A stretch of 39,257 bases of DNA from a bacterium (GTDB lineage Bacteria > Patescibacteriota > Minisyncoccia > Phycocordibacterales > Phycocordibacteraceae). Positions 18,906-29,627 of the stretch are shown one piece after another; the first letter of the stretch is position 1, and every line of letters begins with the position of its first letter. Location: the NCBI GenBank assembly GCA_021784875.1, contig JAJYHF010000019.1:1-39257 (forward strand), written 5' to 3'. The notes under the pieces were generated by a model, which was not told where the DNA came from, did not search any database, and saw only the letters and a program-made list of their open reading frames with translations. Made by a program: the position numbers and the translations under genes.

Positions 18906-19145
18906 CTACGCGAGGTCGAGCAGGCTCGCGATGCGCTCCTGGTCGAAGCCGACGATAAGGTCGTCGCCGATAATGATGACCGGCACGCCCATCTGGCCGG
19001 ACCGCCGGATCATTTCTTGGCGCTTCTCGAGGTCGGAGAGGACGTCATGCTCGGTGTAAGCAACGCCGTTCGCCTCGAAGAAATCCTTCGCCATATGGCA
19101 GAAGTGGCAGGTCGGAGTCGTATAGATGGTGACGATTTTATCCAT
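18906..19145 (-). CDS. Glutaredoxin/NrdH-like redoxin
   Basis: YTTPTCHFC CxxC motif, SGQMGVPVI cis-Pro motif, IVGFD. Confidence 0.9.
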   Translation of the reverse strand: MDKIVTIYTTPTCHFCHMAKDFFEANGVAYTEHDVLSDLEKRQEMIRRSGQMGVPVIIIGDDLIVGFDQERIASLLDLA

Positions 19146-19189
19146 AATATTTCTTGGTTACCTGGACAGTATACCACACCGAGATTTTG

Positions 19190-19260
19190 TGCGGAATGCG
19201 AGAATCGAACTCGCGCCACCTGCTTGGGAAGCAGAAGTTCTACCACTAAACTAATTCCGC
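19190..19260 (-). tRNA. tRNA-Gly(CCC), CCA not encoded
   Basis: GCGGAAT/ATTCCGC acceptor, TCTGC-TTCCCAA-GCAGG anticodon arm, GCGAG-TTCGATT-CTCGC T arm. Confidence 0.95.
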
Positions 19261-19264
19261 AAAA

Positions 19265-19603
19265 TTAAAACCAACTCAGGATGCGCCGCCACCAGGACGG
19301 CGTCGCGGTCGGCGTCGTCGTCGCGGGCGGTACCACCACGATAACCTCTTCTCCCCGTCGCGCAACCCCGAAGGCCGTCCGGATCGCCGCGTCCTCTCCG
19401 CGCGGCGTCGCGAGAGCGTCGAGGTTCGCCTGGAGCACGCTCTTCCGCGCCTCGAGCGCCTGGTACTGGCTCTTCGCGTCGTTCGCTTCGCGGATCGCCA
19501 CCTGTGCCTTGCCTGTCAGGCCCCAGATGAGCGAGACGAGCCAGGCCACGACCAGGAGAAGGAATCCGATGACGATGCCTCGCCTGATCTGCTTGCCGCG
19601 CAT
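19265..19603 (-). CDS. Septum formation initiator (FtsB/DivIC-like) protein
   Basis: Basic N-terminus, one TM segment, coiled coil, then IRTAFGVARRGEEVIVV resembling the FtsB/DivIC AR..LG.V.PGE motif. Confidence 0.7.
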   Translation of the reverse strand: MRGKQIRRGIVIGFLLLVVAWLVSLIWGLTGKAQVAIREANDAKSQYQALEARKSVLQANLDALATPRGEDAAIRTAFGVARRGEEVIVVVPPATTTPTATPSWWRRILSWF

Positions 19604-19620
19604 GGCTCCAGTATACCTCC

Positions 19621-21414
19621 CTATTCACCAGAGGAACGAACCATCTTCATGAACACCTCCTCCGGGATACGCACCCGCCCCTTCCCTTGTTCGAGGAGTT
19701 TCTTCTTGCCCTTCTTCTGCTTGTCGAGGAGCTTGTTCTTGCGCGTCACGTCGCCGCCATAGAGATAGCCGGTGACGTCCTTACGCATCGCGGAGAGCGT
19801 CCGAGAGGAAATGATGCGTCCGAGAGCGCGTGCTTGGATCTTGGTGACGAAGAGCTGTTTGGGCAGGATTGCATGGAGTTTCTCGACCGCCTTCTCAGCT
19901 TCCTCTTCGAGTCGCCGCCGGGCGACCACGCGAGCGAACGCCGGAACCGGCTCTTCGGCGACGAGGATGTCGAGACGCGCCACATCCGCCGGCCGCTCAG
20001 GCAGGATCTCATAGGAGAGCGACGCATAGCCGGAGGAGATGTTCTTCAATGTGTCGAAGAAGCCGCGCATGAGCTCCCGCAGAGGCATCTCGACCATCAT
20101 CTCGACGCGGCCGTCCGCATAGGTCTCGGTCGCGAGCGTGACGGCCTCGTGCGCGTGGAGAAGCCGGACGAGTGCGCTCACCGTCTCGGGCGGCGTAATG
20201 ATGACGACCTTCGCCCAAGGTTCCTCGACCTTCATGATGTCGCCATGCTCAGGAAACTTGGCCGGCGTGTAGACGGTTTCGCGAGTTCCGTTCGTCTTCG
20301 TGACGATATACGAGATGGTCGGGATGGTGACGACGAGGGCGAGACCGAACTCGCGTTTCAACCGTTCGGTGACGATCTCGAGATGAAGGAGACCTAAGAA
20401 ACCGCAGCGGAATCCGCGCCCGAGTACGCCCGAGGATTCCTCTTCGAACGAGAGCGAGGAATCGGAGAGACGCAGACGTTCGAGCGCCTGACGCAGCTGC
20501 GGCAGGTCATCCTGACTCTCCGGGTACACGCTCGCCCAGACGACCGGGCGCGGGCGTTCATAGCCCGGCAAGGGCGGCAACGTACCGCCGGCGAGGCCGA
20601 CCGTGTCGCCTACCGCGACGACGCCCGGCTCCTTGATGCCGGTGACGACATAGCCGATCTCGCCCGCGGAGAGCGATTCGGCGGGCGTCTCATCAGGCGC
20701 GAAGATGCCCGCTTCGAGTGCCGTAAACGTCTTCCCTGCCGCGCGGAAGACGAGCGGCTCGCCCTTGCGAAAGATACCGTCGAAAACGCGCAGATAGACG
20801 GTGACGCCGCGGTGCGTCGAGTAGGAGAAGTCGAAGACGAGTCCGCGAGGCTCGCTCGAGGACTCGCTCGCCCGGGGCGGAGGCACTTTCCCGACGATCG
20901 TCTTGAGAAGCTCATCCACACCCTGCCCCGTCTTCCCTGAGACGGCAAGGACCTCTTCCGCCTCTATGCCAAGCAGGTCCGCGAGCTCGGCCGAGACCTC
21001 CGCAGCGCGCGCAGCGGGCGCATCGATCTTCGACACGACGGGAATCACGACGCAGCCCTGTGCGCGCGCCGCGGCGAGCGTCGTCAGGGTCTGCGCCTGC
21101 ACACCCTGCGTCGAATCGACAAGCAGGATGACGCCCTCGACCGCCTTCAGAGCGCGCGAGACTTCATAGGAGAAATCGATGTGGCCGGGGGTGTCGATGA
21201 GGTTCAGGATGTAATCCCCATAACGCATCCTGACGGGCTGCATCTTGATGGTGATACCCCGCTCGCGCTCGAGATCCATCCGGTCGAGTACCTGGTCGCG
21301 CATCTTACGCTCCGGGATCGTACCCGTGCGTTCGAGCATACGGTCAGCCAACGTCGACTTGCCATGGTCGACGTGAGCGATGATGGAAAAGTTGCGGATA
21401 TGGTCCTGGTTCAT
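19621..21414 (-). CDS. lepA: Elongation factor 4 (LepA)
   Basis: [68 protein letters not shown]. Confidence 0.96.
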   Translation of the reverse strand: MNQDHIRNFSIIAHVDHGKSTLADRMLERTGTIPERKMRDQVLDRMDLERERGITIKMQPVRMRYGDYILNLIDTPGHIDFSYEVSRALKAVEGVILLVDSTQGVQAQTLTTLAAARAQGCVVIPVVSKIDAPAARAAEVSAELADLLGIEAEEVLAVSGKTGQGVDELLKTIVGKVPPPRASESSSEPRGLVFDFSYSTHRGVTVYLRVFDGIFRKGEPLVFRAAGKTFTALEAGIFAPDETPAESLSAGEIGYVVTGIKEPGVVAVGDTVGLAGGTLPPLPGYERPRPVVWASVYPESQDDLPQLRQALERLRLSDSSLSFEEESSGVLGRGFRCGFLGLLHLEIVTERLKREFGLALVVTIPTISYIVTKTNGTRETVYTPAKFPEHGDIMKVEEPWAKVVIITPPETVSALVRLLHAHEAVTLATETYADGRVEMMVEMPLRELMRGFFDTLKNISSGYASLSYEILPERPADVARLDILVAEEPVPAFARVVARRRLEEEAEKAVEKLHAILPKQLFVTKIQARALGRIISSRTLSAMRKDVTGYLYGGDVTRKNKLLDKQKKGKKKLLEQGKGRVRIPEEVFMKMVRSSGE

Positions 21415-21416
21415 GG

Positions 21417-23093
21417 CTATAGAAGGTCCTCGCCGGAAGGTTTCAGAACATTAGCGCCGCCGCAACGTTCGCGCCAGAGCCGCTCGGCCGCAGCCACCAT
21501 CGTCCGGAACTCCTCATTGCCGAGCAGATGAAGCGTGATTGCCGCGGCGGCGAGACCAGCGACGCCGGCGGCAAGGCCCTGTGACAGGACGGCGAGCGAA
21601 GTCGTCAAAGGCGCGATGCCGCCCATGAATGAGAGGACGACATACGCGACCGCTCCGCCCGCAATACCGGCGGCGAGACCGTCACGCGCCGGCAAGAGAA
21701 GCGCTCTTGCGAGGCCGGGTGCCGTTTTCCGCAGGACGACAATCGAGAGTCCAACGAGGAAGAACTGCCCGACCACGTTCGCGAGAGCGAGCAGGAGGAT
21801 GTTCGTGCCGGGGACATCGGAAACCCGCAGGAGTGCCGCGAGCGGCGCGGCGAAACGGTCGGCGGGCAGGATGAGGAAGAGGGACGCGAGCCCGATGGTA
21901 AGCACGGCCGTGGCGAGCTGATACGCGAGCGGCCACCAGGACTGCCGGATCGCGTAGAGCGCACGGGAGAAAAGGAGCTCGAGCGCGTCGACGACAAGAC
22001 CGACCATGGCGATGGCGAGCAGGGCTGCCGTGAGACGCGTCGCGTCCCAGCCGAAGGCACCCGAGCCGAGGATGACGCGGACGATATGCGCGCGCAAGAC
22101 GGCGACCAGCCCGAGCGCGACAAGCGACCAGATGATGATGTGCCGCGCGGCCGTCGAGAGAATGCCGGTGAACTCGGCACGATCCTCCTTCTCCCCCGCC
22201 TCCGAGAGCGCCGGGAATGCCGCGACCGAATAGGAGGAGCCGATGAGCGCGAGCGGGACCGCCTCGAGGTTGCCGGCGAGGGTGAAGACGGAGATATCGC
22301 CCGTGGCGAGCCTCGAGGCTATGGCCGTCAAGGCGAGGAGCGTGAAGGAGTTGACGGAGAGCGCGAGCGAGCGCGGCACCGAGTTGCGCACGATCGGCAC
22401 CATACGCTTCATCGTCGGGAGCGAGAAGCGCGGGAAGACGCCCGCCTTCACGACGACCGGGATGTGCACCGCGAGGTAGCCGATCGCTCCGAGGACGACG
22501 CCGATGCCGATACCCGACAAACCGAAGATCGGGTAGAGCGCGACGGTGCCGAGGATGATGCCGAGGTTGTAGAGGACCGGCGAAACCGCGAAGAGCAGGA
22601 AGCGCCGATGCACCTGCGTCACGCTCGAGATGACGCCGGAAAGGCCGAGCAGGATCGGCTGGATGAGGAGGATGCGCGCAAGAAGGATGAAACTGCTGTA
22701 CTGGGCCGATGCGGCGAAATCCGGATAGAGAAACGTGAGGAGCTGCGGCATGAAGATCGCGAGGACGACGCAGATCGCGCCTCCCGCTCCGAGGAGGAAC
22801 GTCGCGGATTCGGAGAGAAGCTCGCGCGTCTTCTCCCGGTCCAGGTTCGTGATGTACGGGATAATGACGTAAGCCGAGACGAGCGAGGAGACGAGCGCGA
22901 AGACGATGTCCGGCATACGGAATGCCGCGTAGTAGAGGTCGAGCGTCCGCCCTGCGCCGAAAACGTGCGCGAAGGTACGGTCGCGCACGAGAGCGAGCAC
23001 CTGCGACGCGAGCGTGAGCGCAGCCAACAGATACGCGGCCTGATGTAAGCCGCGTATCGGTGCCGCGATGCGTCCGAGAATCCGCCGAACCAT
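21417..23093 (-). CDS. murJ: Lipid II flippase MurJ (MviN)
   Basis: About 14 TM segments, LALVRDR.FA..FGAG..LD.YYAAFRMPD, SPVLYNLGII, RALYA. Confidence 0.88.
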   Translation of the reverse strand: MVRRILGRIAAPIRGLHQAAYLLAALTLASQVLALVRDRTFAHVFGAGRTLDLYYAAFRMPDIVFALVSSLVSAYVIIPYITNLDREKTRELLSESATFLLGAGGAICVVLAIFMPQLLTFLYPDFAASAQYSSFILLARILLIQPILLGLSGVISSVTQVHRRFLLFAVSPVLYNLGIILGTVALYPIFGLSGIGIGVVLGAIGYLAVHIPVVVKAGVFPRFSLPTMKRMVPIVRNSVPRSLALSVNSFTLLALTAIASRLATGDISVFTLAGNLEAVPLALIGSSYSVAAFPALSEAGEKEDRAEFTGILSTAARHIIIWSLVALGLVAVLRAHIVRVILGSGAFGWDATRLTAALLAIAMVGLVVDALELLFSRALYAIRQSWWPLAYQLATAVLTIGLASLFLILPADRFAAPLAALLRVSDVPGTNILLLALANVVGQFFLVGLSIVVLRKTAPGLARALLLPARDGLAAGIAGGAVAYVVLSFMGGIAPLTTSLAVLSQGLAAGVAGLAAAAITLHLLGNEEFRTMVAAAERLWRERCGGANVLKPSGEDLL

Positions 23094-23156
23094 TGCTCCA
23101 TGATACTACGCCTACGACCTTCCTCCCTAAACATTTTCTTGTGGTATAATGTGAAC

Positions 23157-23437
23157 GGACTGGGCTAGGCGATCGCTCTGCTAAACATTGCGGAGAGGAA
23201 AGTCCGGACACGGGCTCCGAAAGGAGCAGCAAGGTAGCGGGTAACGCCCGCACGCCGTGAGGCGCGAGGTGCGAACAGAAACGACCCGGTTAAGTCCGGC
23301 TGAAACGGCTAAATCCTTACCCCCGTGCAAGGCCGTGCCCCGAGAGCAATCGAGGGGAGAGCTGCTTGAGGCGCCGAGTGATCGTCGCCCTAGATACATG
23401 GTCGTCCACGACAGAATCCGGCTTATCGGCCCGGTCC
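23157..23437 (+). ncRNA. rnpB: RNase P RNA, compact (281 nt)
   Basis: P1 GGACTGGGCT/GGCCCGGTCC, conserved GAGGAAAGTCCGG, ACAGAAA, TGAAACGG.TAAA, ACAGAATCCGGCTTAT; TGGTATAAT box 6 nt upstream. Confidence 0.93.
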
Positions 23438-23450
23438 AAACAGCATGCAT

Positions 23451-23475
23451 CCGCCCGCGCGTTACGCGCGGGCGG
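23451..23475 (+). terminator. Terminator hairpin after rnpB
   Basis: CCGCCCGCGCG-TTA-CGCGCGGGCGG perfect 11-bp stem followed by TGCGTTT. Confidence 0.7.
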
Positions 23476-23499
23476 TGCGTTTATATATAATGGAAACGC

Positions 23500-25644
23500 A
23501 TGCATCCCGAAGATCCTGTCGAGCGCCACTTCCTGCGCCTGAAGCCGGAACAGAAGCGCGCCCTGAAGAAGCTCGGCATCCACGCCGTTCGCGACCTGCT
23601 CTACCACTTCCCTTCGCGATATGAACGCTCAGGACCTTCGGCTACGATCGCGGGCATCGCGCCAGGCGCCGAAGTGACGCTCTTCGGCACGGTGCGCAAG
23701 CCAGACATCCGTAAGACCTGGAAGAGCCGCCGCCCCGTCGCCGAAGCCTGGCTTGAGGACGCGACCGGCCGCATCAAGATGATGTGGTTCTCGCAGCCCT
23801 ACATCGCCAAGACGCTCTTCGACGGCATGCAGGCCAAAGTGAGCGGTCGCGTCGCCGGCGAGGGTGCGAAGACGTATCTCGCGAATCCTTCGATCGAGAA
23901 AGCGAGTATCGCGCCAGAGACCGCACACGAAACGCTTTTTAATAACGCATCACCTCAGAGTGCCGATATGGAATGGCACCCCGTCTACCCGGAGAGCAGA
24001 GGACTCTCCTCGCTCTGGCTCGCGCACGCGGTCAAGAAGGCCTTCGAGGCGGGCGTCCATGAGCGGATGGAGGATCCGATTCCTACCGATATCCTCGCGC
24101 GCTACAAGCTTCCCTCACTCGCCCCGGCGCTTATCTTCATCCACGCGCCGCAGAAAAAGCCGGATGCCGAGGCGGCGAAGAAGCGCTTCGCTTTCGAAGA
24201 GATCTTCGCCCTCCAGGTCGCGCTCCAGAAGCGCCGCCGCGAGCTCCTCACCGAACGCGCCCTGCCGGTCTCGGTCGATCGCACCGCGCTCGATGACTTC
24301 ATCGCATCCTTCCCCTTCCCGCCCACGACCGCGCAGCAGAAGGCGATCGATGCGATCGCCGCCGACTTTGCGCGCCCGCACCCGATGATGCGCCTCCTCG
24401 AAGGGGATGTCGGGAGCGGCAAGACGGCCGTCGCCGCCGCGACCGCGTACCTCGTCGCGCATTCCGACCTCCAGGTCGCCTACCTCGTCCCGACCGAGAT
24501 CCTCGCAAAGCAGCACTTCTCGACCTTCGTCGCCTATTTTAAGAATCACCCGATCCCGATCGGCCTCATCACGGGGAATGAATGTCGCGTCTTTCCCTCC
24601 CGTGTCCGTTACGAAGAGTCCGCCAAACTCTCGCGCACGACCTTCAGGAAGCGCGTTGCCGACGGCCTCATCCCGATCGTCATCGGCACGCACGCGCTCG
24701 TCGAGCAGTCACTCGCGTTCAAACGCCTCGCCTACGCCATCATCGACGAGCAGCACCGCTTTGGCACCGCGCACCGTCAGCGGCTCGCGACGAAGGGCGA
24801 CGCGACTCCTCATCTCTTATCGATGACCGCGACGCCCATCCCGCGCACGCTCGCTCTCACCCTCTATGGCGACCTCGACCTCACGCTCCTCGATGAGATG
24901 CCGAGCGGACGCAAGCGCATCATCACCGAAATCCTCGGACCGAAGGAACGCGAGCGTGCCTATGAACGCATCCACACCGAACTCGCAACAGGCCGCCAAG
25001 CCTACGTCATCTGCCCGCGCATCGACGAGCCCGATCCGGCGAAAGAACTCGCCCTCCAAGCGAAGAGCGTGAAGGCTGAAGCGGCACGACTGAAGAAAGA
25101 AGTCTTCCCCGACGCCTCGATCGGCATCCTGCACAGCAAGATGAAGCCGCAAGAGAAGGAAGCGGCGATGAACGATTTCGAGAACGGCGAGACGCAGATC
25201 CTCGTCGCAACCTCCGTCGTCGAGGTCGGCGTGAACGTCCCCGACGCGACCGTCATCCTCATCGAGGGCGCCGAGCGCTTCGGCCTCGCCCAGCTCCATC
25301 AGCTGCGCGGCCGCGTGATCCGCTCGACGCATCAGGCGTACTGCTTCGCGCTTCCTGAATCCTTCGGCCCCGCGACCAAGGAACGCATGAAGGCGTTCAA
25401 GGAGGCGAAGAACGGCTTCGAGCTCGCAGAACACGACCTTCAGCTCCGCGGCGCGGGCGAGCTCGCGGGCTCCAGGCAGTGGGGCATCTCCGACCTCGCG
25501 ATGGAAGCATTGAAGAATATGAAGCTCGTCGAAGCCGCCCGCGCAGAAGCCGCCGCCCTCGTCTTGAACGACCCCGAATTAAAAAACCACCCCGCCCTCG
25601 CCTCCCGCGCCCGCACCGCCGACCAGGAAGTGCATCTGGAGTAA
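23500..25644 (+). CDS. recG: ATP-dependent DNA helicase RecG
   Basis: Wedge domain, RLLEGDVGSGKT, IIDEQHRFG, MTATPIPRTL, AERFGLAQLHQLRGRV, DLQLRGAGE. Confidence 0.95.
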   Translation: MHPEDPVERHFLRLKPEQKRALKKLGIHAVRDLLYHFPSRYERSGPSATIAGIAPGAEVTLFGTVRKPDIRKTWKSRRPVAEAWLEDATGRIKMMWFSQPYIAKTLFDGMQAKVSGRVAGEGAKTYLANPSIEKASIAPETAHETLFNNASPQSADMEWHPVYPESRGLSSLWLAHAVKKAFEAGVHERMEDPIPTDILARYKLPSLAPALIFIHAPQKKPDAEAAKKRFAFEEIFALQVALQKRRRELLTERALPVSVDRTALDDFIASFPFPPTTAQQKAIDAIAADFARPHPMMRLLEGDVGSGKTAVAAATAYLVAHSDLQVAYLVPTEILAKQHFSTFVAYFKNHPIPIGLITGNECRVFPSRVRYEESAKLSRTTFRKRVADGLIPIVIGTHALVEQSLAFKRLAYAIIDEQHRFGTAHRQRLATKGDATPHLLSMTATPIPRTLALTLYGDLDLTLLDEMPSGRKRIITEILGPKERERAYERIHTELATGRQAYVICPRIDEPDPAKELALQAKSVKAEAARLKKEVFPDASIGILHSKMKPQEKEAAMNDFENGETQILVATSVVEVGVNVPDATVILIEGAERFGLAQLHQLRGRVIRSTHQAYCFALPESFGPATKERMKAFKEAKNGFELAEHDLQLRGAGELAGSRQWGISDLAMEALKNMKLVEAARAEAAALVLNDPELKNHPALASRARTADQEVHLE

Positions 25645-25859
25645 TCTATTCTGCTACTTCTTTCCCTTTGTCCCTCTCCCCAACAAATTTCTTCACCTCG
25701 TCATATCTCAGTTGTTTTGGCCACACCGAACTTCCATTTAACCGTCTTTGGCGTCTTCGACCTTTTCGATCCTTCGATACTCATGGGCGCAGAATACCAT
25801 ATCTTCGACCACTCTCTTTGGACTCGAATCAAGAGCCACGGAAGCAGCCGCATCTTTTG

Positions 25860-25932
25860 TGCGCGCGCCAGGACTCGAACCTGGACATCGGACGTGTATA
25901 AGACGTCTGCTTTACCATTAAGCTACGCGCGC
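25860..25932 (-). tRNA. tRNA-Ile(TAT), CCA not encoded
   Basis: GCGCGCG/CGCGCGC acceptor, GCTT/AAGC D stem, GACGT-CTTATAC-ACGTC anticodon arm (anticodon TAT), CCAGG-TTCGAGT-CCTGG T arm. Confidence 0.92.
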
Positions 25933-25945
25933 TTCCCCTCTGGAA

Positions 25946-26617
25946 TCATACACCTTCTCCCATAAATTCACTCCGGAAATAATCGAGAGCCATAAGAACA
26001 TATTCTGATACGTCGCGGTTGTGGTAGATGACATTGCACGTGCCGTGCGTAAATTTCTGCGGATATGACAAGCCGCTCCGATTCGAGGTTTTTACATAAG
26101 GTTTCGTAAATGAAGAGAGCGGCAAACCGAGTGTTTCCGACCAGTATTTCAATTCGGCTCTTACGTTCATATCCGCATACAGATGTACATGCACACGCAA
26201 ACGGTCTCTCGGAACGCCAAGCGATTCCATCCATTTCATAAAGAAACGAAGCATCGTCGGATCAGTATTGGAGAGCGAGGTGGAAGTTGGTTCCGTCTTC
26301 CCTCCTTCGCCCCAATAGAGAAACAACCCTGCAATCAGGAGTTCTCTTTCGCTCAACTTTCCGATGTCTTTCGCGGCACGCTCGCGAACCTCCGCCCGCC
26401 TGCTCTCGCGCTTGAGGCGCATCGTATTGCTGAACCGCTCGATGCGCACGGCGTTATGATCTCGAAGTTCTCGCAGCCGCTTTTCCGGAAGAGGCATGTT
26501 GTGTAACCATAGACTTAAGGAGCTTTTACTTACTTTCAGTTTCTCCTTTATCTGGCTATAGCTCGCGCCTTCCTTGCGCATACGAATCGCTTCGGCTTTC
26601 TTTTCTCGAAGTGCCAT
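25946..26617 (-). CDS. HTH domain plus LAGLIDADG-like domain protein
   Basis: N-terminal HTH (RKEGASYSQIKEKLKVSKSSLSLWL); LIAGLFLYWGEG helix and SNTDPTMLRFFMKW resembling the LAGLIDADG fold; lower GC. Confidence 0.6.
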   Translation of the reverse strand: MALREKKAEAIRMRKEGASYSQIKEKLKVSKSSLSLWLHNMPLPEKRLRELRDHNAVRIERFSNTMRLKRESRRAEVRERAAKDIGKLSERELLIAGLFLYWGEGGKTEPTSTSLSNTDPTMLRFFMKWMESLGVPRDRLRVHVHLYADMNVRAELKYWSETLGLPLSSFTKPYVKTSNRSGLSYPQKFTHGTCNVIYHNRDVSEYVLMALDYFRSEFMGEGV

Positions 26618-26643
26618 AGGTGAACCTTTATTCACCTATTATA
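26616..26643 (-). promoter_or_regulatory. -10 box with overlapping palindromic operator
   Basis: TATAAT at 26643-26638; perfect 9-bp inverted repeat ATAGGTGAA-N6-TTCACCTAT at 26616-26639. Confidence 0.6.
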
Positions 26644-26694
26644 TAACCTGTGTCCTCTAAAACGCGTCATAAGCTGGGGAAAGTCCCTCAAGAC

Positions 26695-28635
<1,941 letters not shown>

Positions 28636-28657
28636 GTTGCGCAGTATACTCTTTGGT
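28636..28657. promoter_or_regulatory. Bidirectional -10 element shared by ftsH and smpB
   Basis: Palindrome AGTATACT at 28643-28650 gives TATACT on both strands, each exactly 7 nt from an ATG. Confidence 0.75.
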
Positions 28658-29098
28658 ATGATTCTCGTCGAATACAAGAAAGCTTCCATTAAGTTCGCTC
28701 CGGTCGAGACCTTCTCGGCCGGGCTCGAGCTCACGGGCGGCGAGGTCAAGACGCTCCGCAGCAAGCGGGGATCCCTCGACGGCTCACGCGTACTAATACG
28801 CGGGGGCGAGGCATATCTGGTCGGCATGACTATCCCGCCTTACCAAGCCGCAAACAGCCCAGAGAGCTACGACCCCGAGCGCCCGCGCCGCCTCCTTCTT
28901 ACGAGAGAAGAGATCGCGCACCTCGCCGCCGAAGAAGCGAAGAAGGGATTGACAATCGTCCCGCTCGAGGTATATACTGCCGGCAGGTTCCTGAAGGTGA
29001 AGATCGCGATCGTCCGCGGCAAGGGCAAGGCCGACCGCCGCGAGGACATCAAGAAACGCGATGCGCTGCGCGAAGCCGCACGCGACCTTAAGCGATAA
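28658..29098 (+). CDS. smpB: SsrA-binding protein SmpB
   Basis: AGLELTGGEVKTLR, YDPERPRRLLL...EI, GLTIVPL, GKGKADRREDIKKRD; adjacent to tmRNA. Confidence 0.93.
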   Translation: MILVEYKKASIKFAPVETFSAGLELTGGEVKTLRSKRGSLDGSRVLIRGGEAYLVGMTIPPYQAANSPESYDPERPRRLLLTREEIAHLAAEEAKKGLTIVPLEVYTAGRFLKVKIAIVRGKGKADRREDIKKRDALREAARDLKR

Positions 29099-29147
29099 TC
29101 CGATCAGTCGCGGTAAGATCGTAGGCGGAGACGCGTATGATATTACC

Positions 29148-29567
29148 GGGGGTGACCGGCTTTGACGGTCTGCTCTTTGAAAGACGTGCGACGCAGTGCA
29201 CGCCCGCTCACCACTACAAACTGGCGGGTACCAAACGTGCCAAGGACACCTTTGCACGCGCGACGAAGTCCCCTTACTTCGGTAAGGTCGGCGACCTCGC
29301 GTTCGCCTACGCGACGGCTCGAGCGTAATGCTCGCCTCCGCCTAGCGCGACGTCTGCTCTCGACCGGCGCTCACAGCGTCGAGAGCGGGCGGAATCTCCT
29401 GTGAGCTAGAGCAGCGGCCGTCCGCCCGCTTCTCGAAACTTCGGACTCGTCGCGGAGCGGTTTCGTCCCGATTTTCACGCCCGCGATCAGACTTCAATCA
29501 GGACTATGCGTCGTAGAAGCGCTTTCAAAGCCAGATTCGGACTCGGGTTCGATTCCCGACATCTCCA
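29148..29567 (+). ncRNA. ssrA: tmRNA
   Basis: 5' GGGGGTGACCGGCTTTGAC; 3' GGACTCGGGTTCGATTCCCGACATCTCCA with G3-U acceptor pair; internal tag ORF ending LAFAYATARA-stop; TATGAT box 6 nt upstream. Confidence 0.93.
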
Positions 29568-29577
29568 CAGCAATAAA

Positions 29578-29614
29578 CACGAAGGTCTGCATGAGCGGGC
29601 CTTCGTGCGTTTTT
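29578..29614 (+). terminator. Intrinsic terminator after tmRNA
   Basis: CACGAAGGTCTGC-ATGA-GCGGGCCTTCGTG stem followed by CGTTTTT. Confidence 0.75.
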
Positions 29615-29627
29615 GTATACTTCCCGC

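Noticed and set aside
23181..23490. Short ORFs across the murJ-recG gap
   Set aside because: The region is explained by RNase P RNA and its terminator.
29137..29404. ORFs overlapping tmRNA
   Set aside because: Only the internal tag frame is meaningful; the rest is structural RNA.
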